The translations under genes and the position numbers were made by a program. Shown here in pieces: positions 14,020-26,490 of a DNA stretch of 64,000 bases. Where the stretch lies: the NCBI GenBank assembly GCA_951406725.2, contig OX597829.1, forward strand, positions 53,320,001-53,384,000, written 5' to 3'. Each line of letters begins with the position of its first letter. The first letter of the stretch is position 1. The notes under the pieces are model-generated. The model had not been told where the DNA came from. It did no database searches and saw nothing but the letters and a program-made list of their open reading frames with translations. Source of the DNA: Octopus vulgaris (lineage: Eukaryota).

Positions 14020-14637
14020 GAATGATCAAGAAATTAACAGATGACTTGTAAAATTTCCAAGGTGCTTGTTAACAAAGCAAAGAAAACAAGCAAGCAGAAA
14101 CAGTTGGGTTCTGGTTTCGATTCCTGGTTGAAAATCCAAGAACAGTTATTTCAATGTTCATACGCGTGTGATTTGTAAATCTTTAGTATGACATATGATA
14201 GTTGAAAACAAGTATCATTGTCATACAAGTGAGGCTGTTAGTTTCAGTCTTCTGTGAGAAACGCGTGAGAAGATATATTGCTTAGAAACAGGTGAGGTTT
14301 GTCGACAGGATGGGCACCCGGCCATAGAAAATCTTCTACAACAAACTCCTGATCCGTGTAAGCAGGGGAAAATGAAAAGTGGACGTTAAAAATGATGAGT
14401 GAATGTGTGCAAATTGATAATATATAACATCAGATTTAGATAAAACATGAAATAAGTGTGCGTAAACTAATGATATGTTTGTAAAGTTGTGGTTTCAGTT
14501 ATAGACAGGAAGCCCCGGAATTTTAACTGAAAATGGGGTCGGACAATGTTTGTTTTTATGGAGAGTTTTAGGACTAAGGCAAACTGATATTAACTGAAAT
14601 TTGAATGAGAGTCTCTATTGTAGTATCTCTGTATAAA

Positions 14638-15010
14638 GTGGAGACACAATGGCCCAGTGGTTAGGGCAGCGGACTCGCGGTCATAGGATCGCGGTTTCGA
14701 TTCCCAGACCGGGCGTTGTGAGTGTTTATTGAGCGAAAACACATAAAGCTCCACGAGGCTCCGGCAGGGGATGGTGGCGGTCCCTGCTGTACTCTTTCAC
14801 CACAACTTTCTCTCACTCTTACTTCCTGTTTCTGTTGTACCTGTATTTCAAAGGGCCGGCCTTGTCACGCTGAATATCCCCGAGAACTACGTTAAGGGGT
14901 ACACGTGTCTGTGGAGTGCTCAGCCACTTAGACGTTAATTTCACGAGCAGGCTGTTTCGTTGATTCGGATCAACCGGAACCCTCGTCGTCGTAACCGACG
15001 GAGTGCTTCC
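14638..15010 (+). mobile_element. Young full-length tRNA-derived SINE
   Basis: A box TGGCCCAGTGG; B box GTTTCGATTCC; perfect 13-bp TSD ATCTCTGTATAAA (14625-14637 and 15011-15023); CpGs retained. Confidence 0.9.
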
Positions 15011-16021
15011 ATCTCTGTATAAATAAATTTAGAGACGAGATAAATGTGAACGAATGAAGTTCATGCTTTCCCATAGAGTAACAGCAGCCTAAGTGCCCTC
15101 AGTGAGAAACGGACTTACTAGCGACATGTATATAGATATATATTGTTTTAGAGAAAGCAATATTATATTTCGTGAGTGTAAGACAGCAATTCATAAGATT
15201 GTAACGAACCAAGGTAGAAATATTGGTATCATTTGCATATCTAGGTGGACGTATTCAAAAGGCACTCCACCCCTTCCTTCTCCGAAATTTTATTTTCGGT
15301 TTCTTTTTTCAATAAAGGAGATTAAATGTTGCATTAAAAATTAAAAACAAAATCAGTTTTTAAAATTTCAATTTTACCGCCTTCCAACTAAAATTTGTTT
15401 TCCACATTTTTCGAATTTTTTAAAATATTATAATTCTATTTAAAAGCCCGAAGATTACGATTCTGTAAAAAATTGTTTTCGAAATTTCAATTTTATTAAT
15501 TATACTAATTGCTTACGATAATTTTCCCCGCTTGTATTTTGTGAACATAATCCGAAAGAATAGAGTTTGTTAAAGAAAGAATCATTAATATTTCTAATGA
15601 ATTAAGTTAGAATCGAAAAACTTTTTTATATTTTCGAGTATTTATTTACGAATACCGATTTAGATATAAACTTTAGATATATAAAAAAAAAGTACAAAAC
15701 TGTTTTAAGTTACAAATAACATAAATAATTTCATGCGATCGTTCGGATGACATAAATTGTTTTGTAACCGAAAAAGTTAAGAATTCTTTCTGAAGATTTA
15801 ATTTGGAAAAGAGTTAAATGGCAATGCTGCTCAAAGAACGATATTATTAAGTGGATGAGTATATGGTATATAGCAAACACGGCCAGAGAGTGTGTGATGA
15901 TGATGAAGTATGAAGTGGAGAGAAGGACTTGGAGCAGCAAAAGAAAAGGCGGAAAAAGATATTTAAAAGACTCAGAGCTCTGCTATCCCACAATTCAATC
16001 GTTTACATGTGAACGCTAAAA

Positions 16022-16056
16022 ATGGCGTCGAAATTCAAGGTTGGAGATCTTGTATG
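16022..16056 (+). CDS. GLYR1: GLYR1/N-PAC-like exon 1 (MASKFKVGDLV-W), start of the PWWP domain
   Basis: ATG at 16022; FKVGDLVW is the typical first PWWP strand; GTACGT donor at 16057; splices in frame to exon 2. Confidence 0.92.
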
Positions 16057-16176
16057 GTACGTTTATTAATTGCCTTTTAGCCTCGCTGTTGCTTCACCGA
16101 TTTACCATTTTATTAAACGGGTCTGTTTTTACGATTCTACATTAACTGATCGTTGTTTTTTTTTTTTTCGATGCAG

Positions 16177-16213
16177 GGCGAAAATGAAAGGTTTCTGCGC
16201 CTGGCCCGCCAAG
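16177..16213 (+). CDS. GLYR1: GLYR1 exon 2 (W-AKMKGFCAWPAK), PWWP motif
   Basis: Poly-T tract plus GCAG acceptor; GTAAGT donor; completes the split W codon; AKMKGFxxWP is the PWWP signature. Confidence 0.93.
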
Positions 16214-17747
16214 GTAAGTTGTAGTATTATGTTGCATTTCCAGTCGATGGCTGGAGAACGTGGTGGCTTTATTGTTTCTCGTTGAAAAAGCGCCAATATC
16301 TTCATGCTGATTGCATCCACGATAATCAAACCACCAAAAACACTCGTATTTATTTCGTTAGCTTAGATACATTTACATCAAACAAACCATATATTCCCCT
16401 TTATTGATCAGAATAACATATAATTAGATTCTTTCATAAATCCTATAATTTTTTTCCCTCCTTCTTCATTTTTTCTTAATTACAAAATCGCGTAATTTCA
16501 AAAATGTCCATAAAAGTTTCTATTTACGAAAACAAGGCATCTTTTCGTCTGGTTCGTGTCTTAAACTCTGTCATCTGGAAGCGTTAACAGGAAAAAAGTT
16601 GTTTGAAATTGTGCAGTATTTATTTATTGTGTATTGTTTGGCAATTTATGGAATAATTGTGGATTGAAGGGAGCTAACAGCATGCGGCGGCCCGATCTAC
16701 TCGCCGGGGCCGCACGTTTTTTTTCTCTATTTTTCCGCTCTTAATTTCACATTTTCTGCCATCTTCCACGTTTACTTTCACAATATTCTTCGCAGTTTTA
16801 ACACTTTTTACCCTCTTCCAATGTGTTTTGAAAACAAAAATATTAAATATGCACCAACTTAAAAAGAAATCCTGGGGAAACTCTTCTCCTTTGGTTTTTT
16901 ACCACGTTTAAATGTTCTGTTAAATATTTCATGTATACCGAAAAATCTTCACATTTCTTTTAAATTATTTCGTAAAATGACCTCCAGTTTAAGATTAAAG
17001 TTTCAAAAAATCATTTTGGAACTTGGAATTGATTTGAAATGGTTAATGTTATCATCGCACCTATTTTGATCAGTTTACAAATATGGATCAAATTCTTTGT
17101 TAAAAGGAGGGACTGGCATTGCAATTCGAATTGCTAATCCTTATAATATGCTAAGAACATCAAATTTAAGGATTTAATTGAAGTTTAAGCAACTTTTTCT
17201 ATATTTCTATTTCTGTAGAGTTTTAAAAATAAAACCGATTATCGTGTTATAATATCATTAGGAGATTTTTCAGTTTATTTCTCTCTACATTCAGTTTTAG
17301 AAATAGATTAGTGAAATAAATTTCATTTTGGATTTGGTACCTTTTTTTCTTTTTTTTGAAAAACAATATTTGGAAAGATTTTCGTGATAAGATCGTTCTG
17401 TAAAATGATATTTTTAAAAAACGTTTTAGTTTTAATAACTTTGTATATCAATTGTTTAACTGCCATGGAAGTACTCATTCAAGTTTTAAGTATTTGCCGG
17501 TTCTTTGAGAAGCATTAAGGAGTACTGCTTAATAATAGAAACTTAGATAAAAGCCTAAGAATTATAAGTAGTTCGGCATCTTGTACAAGTTCACAAATCT
17601 CCCTTAATCTAAAACTGCTAATTATAGATTCATTCATTAAGGTTTTCTTTTTTTTAAAACTTGCAAAATCAAATAACTGATATTTAAATATTCCTTTTCT
17701 TTATAATATCTCCTTTTAAAATTGATATTTTGATATTTTCATTTCAG

Positions 17748-17830
17748 ATTATTGAACCCATGTCTGAAGTTAAAAGACCAACTAGCAAGAAGACACATCA
17801 TTTTGTTTTTTTTTTTGGTTCTGAAAACTA
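17748..17830 (+). CDS. GLYR1: GLYR1 exon 3 (IIEPMSEVKRPTSKKTHHFVFFFGSEN-Y)
   Basis: TTTCAG acceptor; GTAAGT donor; VxFFG PWWP strand; frame continuous. Confidence 0.92.
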
Positions 17831-19554
17831 GTAAGTAAAATTTATGATTTTTCTAAATTAAACAATTCAGCATGTTTATATTTGACATACAGATGAAAGT
17901 AAGTTATTAGCCAGTGTGAGACAAGTTCTTTACTCATCTCCAAGCTACATTGCTGTATTTGTTCACAGCATAGGTTCCTTGAAATGCTGGGGAATAACCA
18001 TTCTAAAAGAGATGAGTGAGCGACGAGAGCTCGCAAATTAAAAATGATAGTGAAAGTGTTCTTGGGTTTCCTTCAACTTTTTTTTTTTGCTCCTTTTACC
18101 TCCACTACCCCACAGCACTCTTTACCTAACACTTAAATTTTCATTACATATCCTAATTATTGAAATCATCTCTGTTAGGTTCCCCCACCCTCACTTTTAA
18201 TCTGAAAGTCGAAGATGTGAGTTCAGTGTGTTTAATGTTCAGCAGTGTAATAATTTTGATAACCTTATCTTTCACCTGATTCCAACACCTCATATTGTTT
18301 GATCTTTTACTGCTTATTTGCATGCCATTTGGGTTTTCTTGTATGTTTTTTTTTTCCATGTCTCTGTACACTACATGTTGAGAATTCCTTCTTTGTATTT
18401 CTTTAATCATGGAAATGTTGTTGCTATTAATTGTCATGAAGTATAAGTCCATAGATATAGAATAATGCATTCATTTTTAAGATGCATTATCAACAAACAT
18501 CCAGTTAGAAATGTATTTGTGCAGATTGTTGTTAATCTTTGTATCAAAATGAAACATGTTTTTTTATTTATTTATGAATGCTGTATTCTTTCAGCTGTTA
18601 ATTCTTTACAAGGTGCAAATGTAGCTAGTTCAAACTACAATATTGTCAATGATTGTCTTGCATGGTGTTGGTTTTTAGAAAATCAGCACTACCAAAAATT
18701 TGCATGTTTTATAGATGTGACCACCCATTTCGTAGCATATTTAAAAACTGATCGAGAAATATCTTGTTTATAGTTGATATTGAAATATCTTACTTGATGC
18801 ATTTTTCCTCCCCTTTTCTTTCTTTCTTTGATCGCCTTCTCCAAAAATACATCTCTGAAATTCCTCTACTCCAAGCAAATTGCAAAAATTTAAACTGGCT
18901 ATTACTCTATATAACTCTGTATATATACCCCAGTTCTTGAAGGGTCTATGAAGCATTTGAGTATTTTCCTCATATATTACAAAATGAGATCAGTTTCAGC
19001 ATATATCGTGCATTACTTGAGGTTGTTTTAGGGTTTTTTTTTCTCCAAAAATTTGAGCAACCAACACTCTTACCACTTCCACATACTTCTGGTTTTATTT
19101 TCTAGTGCAGTGTACTGCTACCTTTTTTGTTCACTTGCAGTACACTTACATTGTTTCCAAAATTTGGTGGCGCACTTGAACTAAAAATATAAGGAAAAAA
19201 AATTATATTCAGGTTACACTGTCCTACACCGAGCATCATCTCGTGACACACCAGTGTGCCATGGGTTGTGGAGCACTGTTCCAGAGCATTGTTTCTTAAA
19301 TGTGAGATGTGGGGGCAGTTAAAAATTTTATACGGGTATTTGGGACAAAAGAGTTGTAGGGGTGCATAGATGTACAGTTTTTTAATTATTGCTTCCTCTT
19401 TAAGTATTAATTTTAAAGAGAATTTGGTCACAAGTGCAATAACAACATCAACAATAATGGACTTTGAAATGTGAATATGTAAACAAACAACAATGAATAT
19501 ATAAATATATATATATATATATACACACATACATATATACATACACTACCTATA

Positions 19555-21732
19555 CATCATCATCATCGTTTAACATCTGCTTTCTATGCTGGCATGGCTT
19601 GGACGGTTTGACCGAGGACTGGTGACTCAGAGGCTGCACCAGGCTCAATCTGATCTGGCAAAGTTTCTGCAGTTGGATGCCCTTCCTAATGCCAACCACT
19701 CCATGTAGTGGGTGCTTATACATGACACTGGCACGAGGGCCAGTCAGGAGGTTCTGGCAATGACCATGCTCAAAAGGTTTTTTATGTGCTACCTACACGG
19801 GAGCCAGTCTGGTGGCACTGGCAACAACCATGCTTGAATGTGTTTTTTCACATGCCACTGGTATATGTGCCAGTAACAATCACGCTCGAATGGTGCTTTT
19901 CACGTGCCACCAGCATGGGAGCCAATCTGTGGCCCTGCCAATGACCACACTCGGATGTGCTTTTAACATTCCACCGGCACAAGTGCCAATCAGGCGGTAC
20001 TGTCATGGGCCATGACTGATTCTGATTTCGATTTTGAATTCACTTGCCTCAAGTTTTCATCTCGGTCACTAGTCATTGCTTCCGTAAGGCCTAATGTTCG
20101 AAGATCGTGCTTCACCACCTCATCGCGGGTTTTCCTGGGTCTACCTCTTCTACAGGTAGGGTGTAACACTTTTTCACACACCTGTTTTCATTCATTCGTA
20201 ACACATGACCATACCAGCACAGTTGTCTCTCTTGCACACCACATCTGATACTTCTTAAATCCAACTTTTCTCTCGGGTTGCTTATACTCTGTCCAGTATG
20301 TACACTGAAATTACACATCTAGCTGAGCATACTGACTTCATTCCTTGCAAGCTTATGCATATCCTCAGCAGTCATGGCCCATGTAGCATGGCTGTTCGTA
20401 CACATGCGTCATACAGTCTACCTTTTACTCTAAGTGAGAGGCCTTTTATCACCAGCAGAGGTAAGAGCTCTCTGAACTTATTTTAGCAGCTACACTATCA
20501 GAGCATCCATCCCTGCGACTGACTAGGTCCCCTAGGTAATGGAAGCTATCAACAACTTCTAGTTTTCCCCCCTAGAATGTGACAGAAGTTGTTCTCTGCA
20601 CATTTTCGGTGTTTATTGCTCCTGAGCATTTGTCACACACAAAAACTATCTTCCCAGTTAGCCTCCCTTTGATGTTGCTGCACCTCTTATGTGTCCATAG
20701 CTTACACTGGGTACATCTTATGGAGTTACTACCTACACCTTTTCTACAGATTGAACAGGGCCATCTACCTGAAGGGATTTGTGGTTTGTCTGCCTTCATA
20801 CTTATTAAGACTTTGGTTTTAGCTAGGTTGACTCTAAGGCCCTTCAATTCTAATCCTTGCTTCCACACCTGAAACTTCTCTAGTTCTGATAGTGTCTCAG
20901 CAGTTAGAGCAAGGTCATCAGCATAGAGAAACTCCCAGGGGCATCTTGTCTTGAATTCTTCTGTTATTGCCTGTCAGACTATGGTAAATAAGAGGGGGCT
21001 GAGGACCGATCCTTGGTGGGCCCCTACTCGGAATTCTTCACTGTACTCGTTGCCAACCCTCACCTTACTGATAGCATCCCTGTACATGGCTTACACAGAT
21101 CTCACTATTCATTCATCTATCCCTAGTTTCCTCATTGACCGCCTGATAAGGGATCGGGGGACCCTGTCAAAGGCTTTCTCCATGTCAACGAAAGCCAGAT
21201 ACAGAGGCTTATCTTTGGTTAGGTATTTCTCTTGCAGCTGTCTAACCAGAAATATTGTGTCAGTGGTGCTTTTCCCTGGCACGAATGCAAACTGCATCTC
21301 ATCTAGACTGACTCTCTCCCTAATCATTTGGGCTATGACCCTCTCCATGACTTTCATTACTTGACACCTCTGTAATTATTTGTATCTAAAGCATCACCTT
21401 TACCTTTGTAGCAGTTGACTATAGTGCTGCTACACCAGTCATTGGGTATGACTCCTTCGTGTATCACCTGGTTAACTATATGGGTGACTAGGCTATAGCT
21501 GACACTGCTAAATATTTTGAGCATCTCTGCAGTAATTCCTGATGAGCTGGGGGCTTTCCCTGTCTTCATACCCTTAATTGCTTTATCTACCAAGGTATTG
21601 TCAATTTGGATAGCTGGTCCCTCTGTTGGGTCGGCATTTGGCAGACTCTCTTTCTCCCATCTATTCTTTTCATTTAGCAACCTTTCATAGTGGCATCTCC
21701 AAACCGCTCTCTTTGCAGCCTCGTTTAATGCA
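19555..21732 (-). mobile_element. Degenerate copy of the same RTE LINE family
   Basis: Frameshifted fragments closely similar to the 45179-47479 protein, including the WPCSICRKGVG...HKRC finger; (CAT)n tail. Confidence 0.92.
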
Positions 21733-21834
21733 AAAAATATAATTTAAAGACAATTTTTGGATATTTCCATACATACAGTAAAGATGGTCACTGCACGCAT
21801 AATGTTAGGTGTGTGTGTGTATGTATATATATAT

Positions 21835-22105
21835 CTTTTACTCTTTTACTTGTTTCAGTCATTTGACTGCGGCCATGCTGGAGTACCGCCTTTAGTCGAG
21901 CAAATCGACCCCGGGACTTATTCTTTGTAAGCCCAGTACTTATTCTATCGGTCTCTTTATGCCGAACCGCTAAGTGACGGGGACGTAAACACACCAGCAT
22001 CGGTTGTCAAGCAATGCTAGGGGGACAAACACAGGCACACAAACACACACACACACACATATATATATACATATATATGACAGGCTTCTTTCAGTTTCCG
22101 TCTAC
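21835..22105 (-). mobile_element. 5'-truncated SINE flanked by a ~60-bp direct repeat
   Basis: SINE 3' half; 21772-21834 is repeated at 22106-22165. Confidence 0.87.
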
Positions 22106-22159
22106 CATACAGTAAAGATGGTCACTGCACGCATAATGTTAGGTGTGTGTGTGTATGTA

Positions 22160-22197
<38 letters not shown>

Positions 22198-23281
22198 CAG
22201 AAGTCAACTTTGTGGCAGACACTTAGAAGCAATAAATCAATAAATGCTAAGGACCCACAAGAAACAGATTTTATCAAATACCCTGGTGGTTCCCTACAGG
22301 CAGTCAATGGTTTCGGTTACCAAGGTTACTGAATTCATTGGAACCACTTTCCTTGTTACTCATCCTGTACTTCCAACTATTTTTACTGAACACCTTTCAT
22401 GTCTGTTACTAATACTCCCTCCACACCTTTATTGCAATATTCACCCCTTCATATCTGATTTCTTCTTTCCCGTACCCTTCACATCTCCTTATTTCTCATT
22501 TATCTAGTTATATTGTTGCTCTCCCCCTTTTATGAATCACCACCTATTATCGCCTCCTCCCTGACCCACTCCTATTTTCCTTTACTTTCCCCAACAAACT
22601 GAGACTCACCATTACCCATATCTCCATCCTTGTTCATTATTCACTGCATTCACTTCTACCCTCATCTCTACCATCTAACAGATGGCAGAGATGGGGATCG
22701 AGAGAAATGCACATCCACCTTCCTGTCTGTCTTTCCTGTTGGCTTGTGATATATGTTCATTACAGCAAGGCACCTCTCTCCTCCCATTCTGTCAATAGGT
22801 TTTGTGACCTATTTGGTGACCTCACTGGTACTTGTACTATGTAAAAAGCACCTAGTGCACTCTGTAAAATGTTTGGTATTAGAAAGGTATCCAGCTGTAG
22901 AAACTATTCCAAAACATGTTGGAGCTCAGCGCAATCTTCTGGCTTGTCAGATCCTGTAGAGCCATTCAATTCTGATATCAGATGTTGATGTTAGATGATA
23001 TTGATGATGTGTATGCCTGAATATTGTTGATTCTTGGTATGTCTCCTAAACCTACTCATGTGCAAATGAGCACATAAACCGAAAATTCAGTGTGTGTGAA
23101 CATAGAAAAAAAACAGCAAATTGGAATGCAGACAAAATTTCAACAGGGCAATGTGTGTGTGTATGTATAAAGTACAAATGGTATGCATCTTGGTTTGGTC
23201 AGAGTCGTGTGTTAAAGGTTTAGATCAGTTATTTAATTTAATGATAGTCTCTCAAATCGAAGAAAGCTGGTTCTGCAATTT

Positions 23282-23860
23282 CATCATCATCATCATCATC
23301 AGCATCATTTAACATCCGTTCTCCATGCTAGCATGGGTTGGACGGTTCGACCAGGGATCTGGGAAGCCAGAAGGCTGCACCAGGCTCCAATCTTATCTGG
23401 CAATGTTTCTACAGCTGGATGCCCTTCCTAACGCCAACCACTCCGTGAGTGTAGTGGGTGCTTTTTACGTGCCACCCACACAGGTGCCAGGCGAGGCTGG
23501 CAACAGCCACGGCTGGATTGGTGCAATTTACGTGCCACCGGCACGGAAGCCAGTCGAGGCGGCGCTGGCATCGGCCACGATTCGGATAGTGCTTTTTACG
23601 TACCACCAGTCCAGGGGTCCTGGCATCTGCCGGGTGCCAGTCATAGGATTGGTTCAATTTCGATTTCACTTGCCCCAACATGTCTTCGCAAGCAAAGGGG
23701 GTTGGCATGGGTGCCTGTCGTCGGATGAGGTTCGATATTGACTTCGCTTGCCTCAACAGGTCTTTGTGTCCAAGGGAGGAAAGGCATGCATAAGTGGGCT
23801 GGGCTCACTTGTCCTGCCTGGTCTTCTCACGTACAGCATATTTCCAAAGGTCTCGGTCGC
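23282..23860 (-). mobile_element. RTE 3' fragment
   Basis: (CAT)n tail, conserved UTR and ORF end (tcttctcacgtacagcatatttcc). Confidence 0.85.
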
Positions 23861-26038
23861 TGAATAACCTGCATGGATGATCTATCTAGAGATCAGATGT
23901 TTGTGTTGTACATTAGCTCACTTCCTTCATCAAATAAATGTTACCTGAACAAGTGCACAAGTGTTCTATGATATCAGCTGTTGCATTAATTGTGAAGCAA
24001 TGTTTGATGAAGTGTTATGCTCAAGAAAACAGCACATCACTTGGTCTGGAAATTGAATCTATGATCTTGTGAATGCAACACTCTAAACACTGGGCCGTGC
24101 ATCTTTACTTAAGTCGATAATTAAAATCAAGCAGTGGTCTGTCAAATATTTACTTTCAGTAATTTCAATTTCCACTACGATCCCAGAATATTGCATAAGT
24201 TCTTATCCTTTTTGTTCTTTGATTAGTTTGTTTTCAATTTTCAATATTGCAATTCATTTTGAGACCCTGTAACAGAAGTACAAATCATTGACATTTTCTT
24301 GTTAAACCTTTTGGTTCCAACCCAGCTGAGATTTCTCTTAACTCATGGTTTTAAACTGATCTCAGAAACTTTCTTCAAAATTTCATGTTAATTTATGTTT
24401 GAAACACCAACTTAATAATGGCAAAATTATTTTACTATTTCAATATTTTCAAAATTAGTTTAAAGAAAAGCATTGTATTTCGATGGGAATGTGGTAATGA
24501 AAGGTTTAATATATTGCAAAGGTGTTCAAATGTTTTTAATATTCTTTCAAAACATTTAAAAAATGATTCTACTGTTGTTTATAGATTGGCCAAAGGGCCA
24601 TAGAAATAATTTTTTCTGTACCTGGTGAATCTAGAGGAACGGGCATTGCCCATAATTTTGCAGGTCCTCCAACCATGAGGAGTTTGATGCCAAAGATTTC
24701 CATTAGTCAATCATGCTTCAACATAGTCATTTAACCAATCTCAACTAGTCAAGATTCAGAGTACTATGTATTACTAAACCTTATGATCGCTGGATACAAA
24801 AATGTCTCATGAGACCTCCATTCAGATGATTTTCTTAAGTCACCATCTCACTATGTAACTTCCTTTCCTGGATCCTGTGGCATATACCCTCCTCCACCCC
24901 ATCCCCCAGACAGGATGCTGGTCTGTCAATGGATTATTAATATTTACCAGGTGGGTGAACTGAAGCAACTTGAAATGAAGTGTTTTGCTCAAGAATGCAA
25001 TGCATTGCTTGGCCCAGGAATCGGAACCACAATTTTGATCATGATTGTAACACCCTAAGCACAAACCGTGTGCCTTCCATTTAAACTTAGCAGGAAAAGA
25101 CATGAATGTGGAGAAGATATCAGAAGGCTGTTGCTCAGAGAAAGAAGGATTGAGTATAATGGTTAGTGTGGGTTTGAGCGGCCGGTTGCACCAGGAGTGG
25201 TGATAGGTAAAAAGACAAGAGTGGTGAGGCCATTATAGTAACGATAGAAGAGACAGCATGCTTGTGGGCATGAGGCTGGGGTTTGTTAGTGATGGATTCC
25301 AATTTGAGTGGCATCTTCCCTGAATGTAGTCCAAGATCTCAATGTACATAGCAACAGTACTGTTGCAGTTGTGGCAGTAGTACTCCAATGTGGGGCTTCA
25401 CTTGAGTGGGGTTGCAAGGAAAAGAAGTCCCTAGGTATGAGCTAAATGCAGGAGGTAAGATGATGATGAGTCTCATTTGAGCCTTTGTAGAGTTTAGGGC
25501 TGAAATATTTTCTGTCCTTGAAGAGAAGACCCAGTATTTTGAATGTGTTTTAGCCATCCTTAACTGGTGATAGTGAGGCCCAGCATTTAGAGTGAGTGTG
25601 AGAGCTCTTTCATCAGGTAGTGATGTTTTGATACAAGTTGTGCTTTTTTGTTGTTGCATGGTTACATTGAATGATGCTCTTGAGGTCTCTGTTTATGGAA
25701 TCAGTGCAGGTTTGGCATGTTGTTCAAGCTGTGTGGATGATCCTAGTCCAGGCTTAACCAAAAATTAATACTGGGGTCAATTCATTTGACTAAAAAAATT
25801 GTTCAAGGTGGTACCCCAGCATGGCCACATTTGAATGACAAACAAATGATAAAAGATTAAAGATATGTTATACATATATGTATGTATTACATGTATGTGT
25901 ATGTGCTATATGTATCGTACGTATGCATCATCATCATCATCATCGTTTAACGTCCGTTCTCCATGCTAGTATAGGTTGGATGGTTCAACCGAGGATCTGG
26001 GAAGCCAGAAGGCTGCACCAGGCTGCGGTCTTATCTGA

Positions 26039-26490
26039 TGTATTGTATGTATGCCTATATATGTATTGTATGTATGTGTATGTACGCATATATATGTATT
26101 GTATGTATATGTGTATGTATGCATATATATATATGTATGTTTATGTATTGTATGTGTATGTATGTATATATGTATGTATGCATATATGTATATTGTATGT
26201 ATATATGCATATATGTATATATGTATATATGCATGTATATGCATATATATGTATTGTACGTATATGTGTATATATGCATATATGTATTATATGTATATAT
26301 GCATGTATATGCATATATATGTATTGTACGTATATGTGTATATATGTATTATATGTATTGTATGTGCATGTATATGCATATATATGTATGTATTGTATGT
26401 GTATGTATGCATATATATATATATGTATTGTATGTATCTATGTATTGTATGTATATATGCATGTATATGTATTACTCACATGTATGTTTG
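26039..26490. repeat. Low-complexity (TATG/TA/TG) microsatellite
   Basis: Seen directly; explains the M/Y/C/I/V-rich ORFs. Confidence 0.95.

Larger units (their letters stand above)
15700..16760 (+). promoter_or_regulatory. Probable GLYR1 promoter / first-exon region
   Basis: Repeat-free and visibly richer in CpG than the introns; AAAATGGCG (YY1-like core) overlaps the start codon. TSS not determinable. Confidence 0.5.

Noticed and set aside
14641-14712. tRNA gene
   Set aside because: The tRNA-like head continues into a ~370-bp body with a TSD and has no proper acceptor stem; it is a SINE.
15113-15127. RPS18 first exon (MSL)
   Set aside because: Three codons are not diagnostic and no other RPS18 exons were found.
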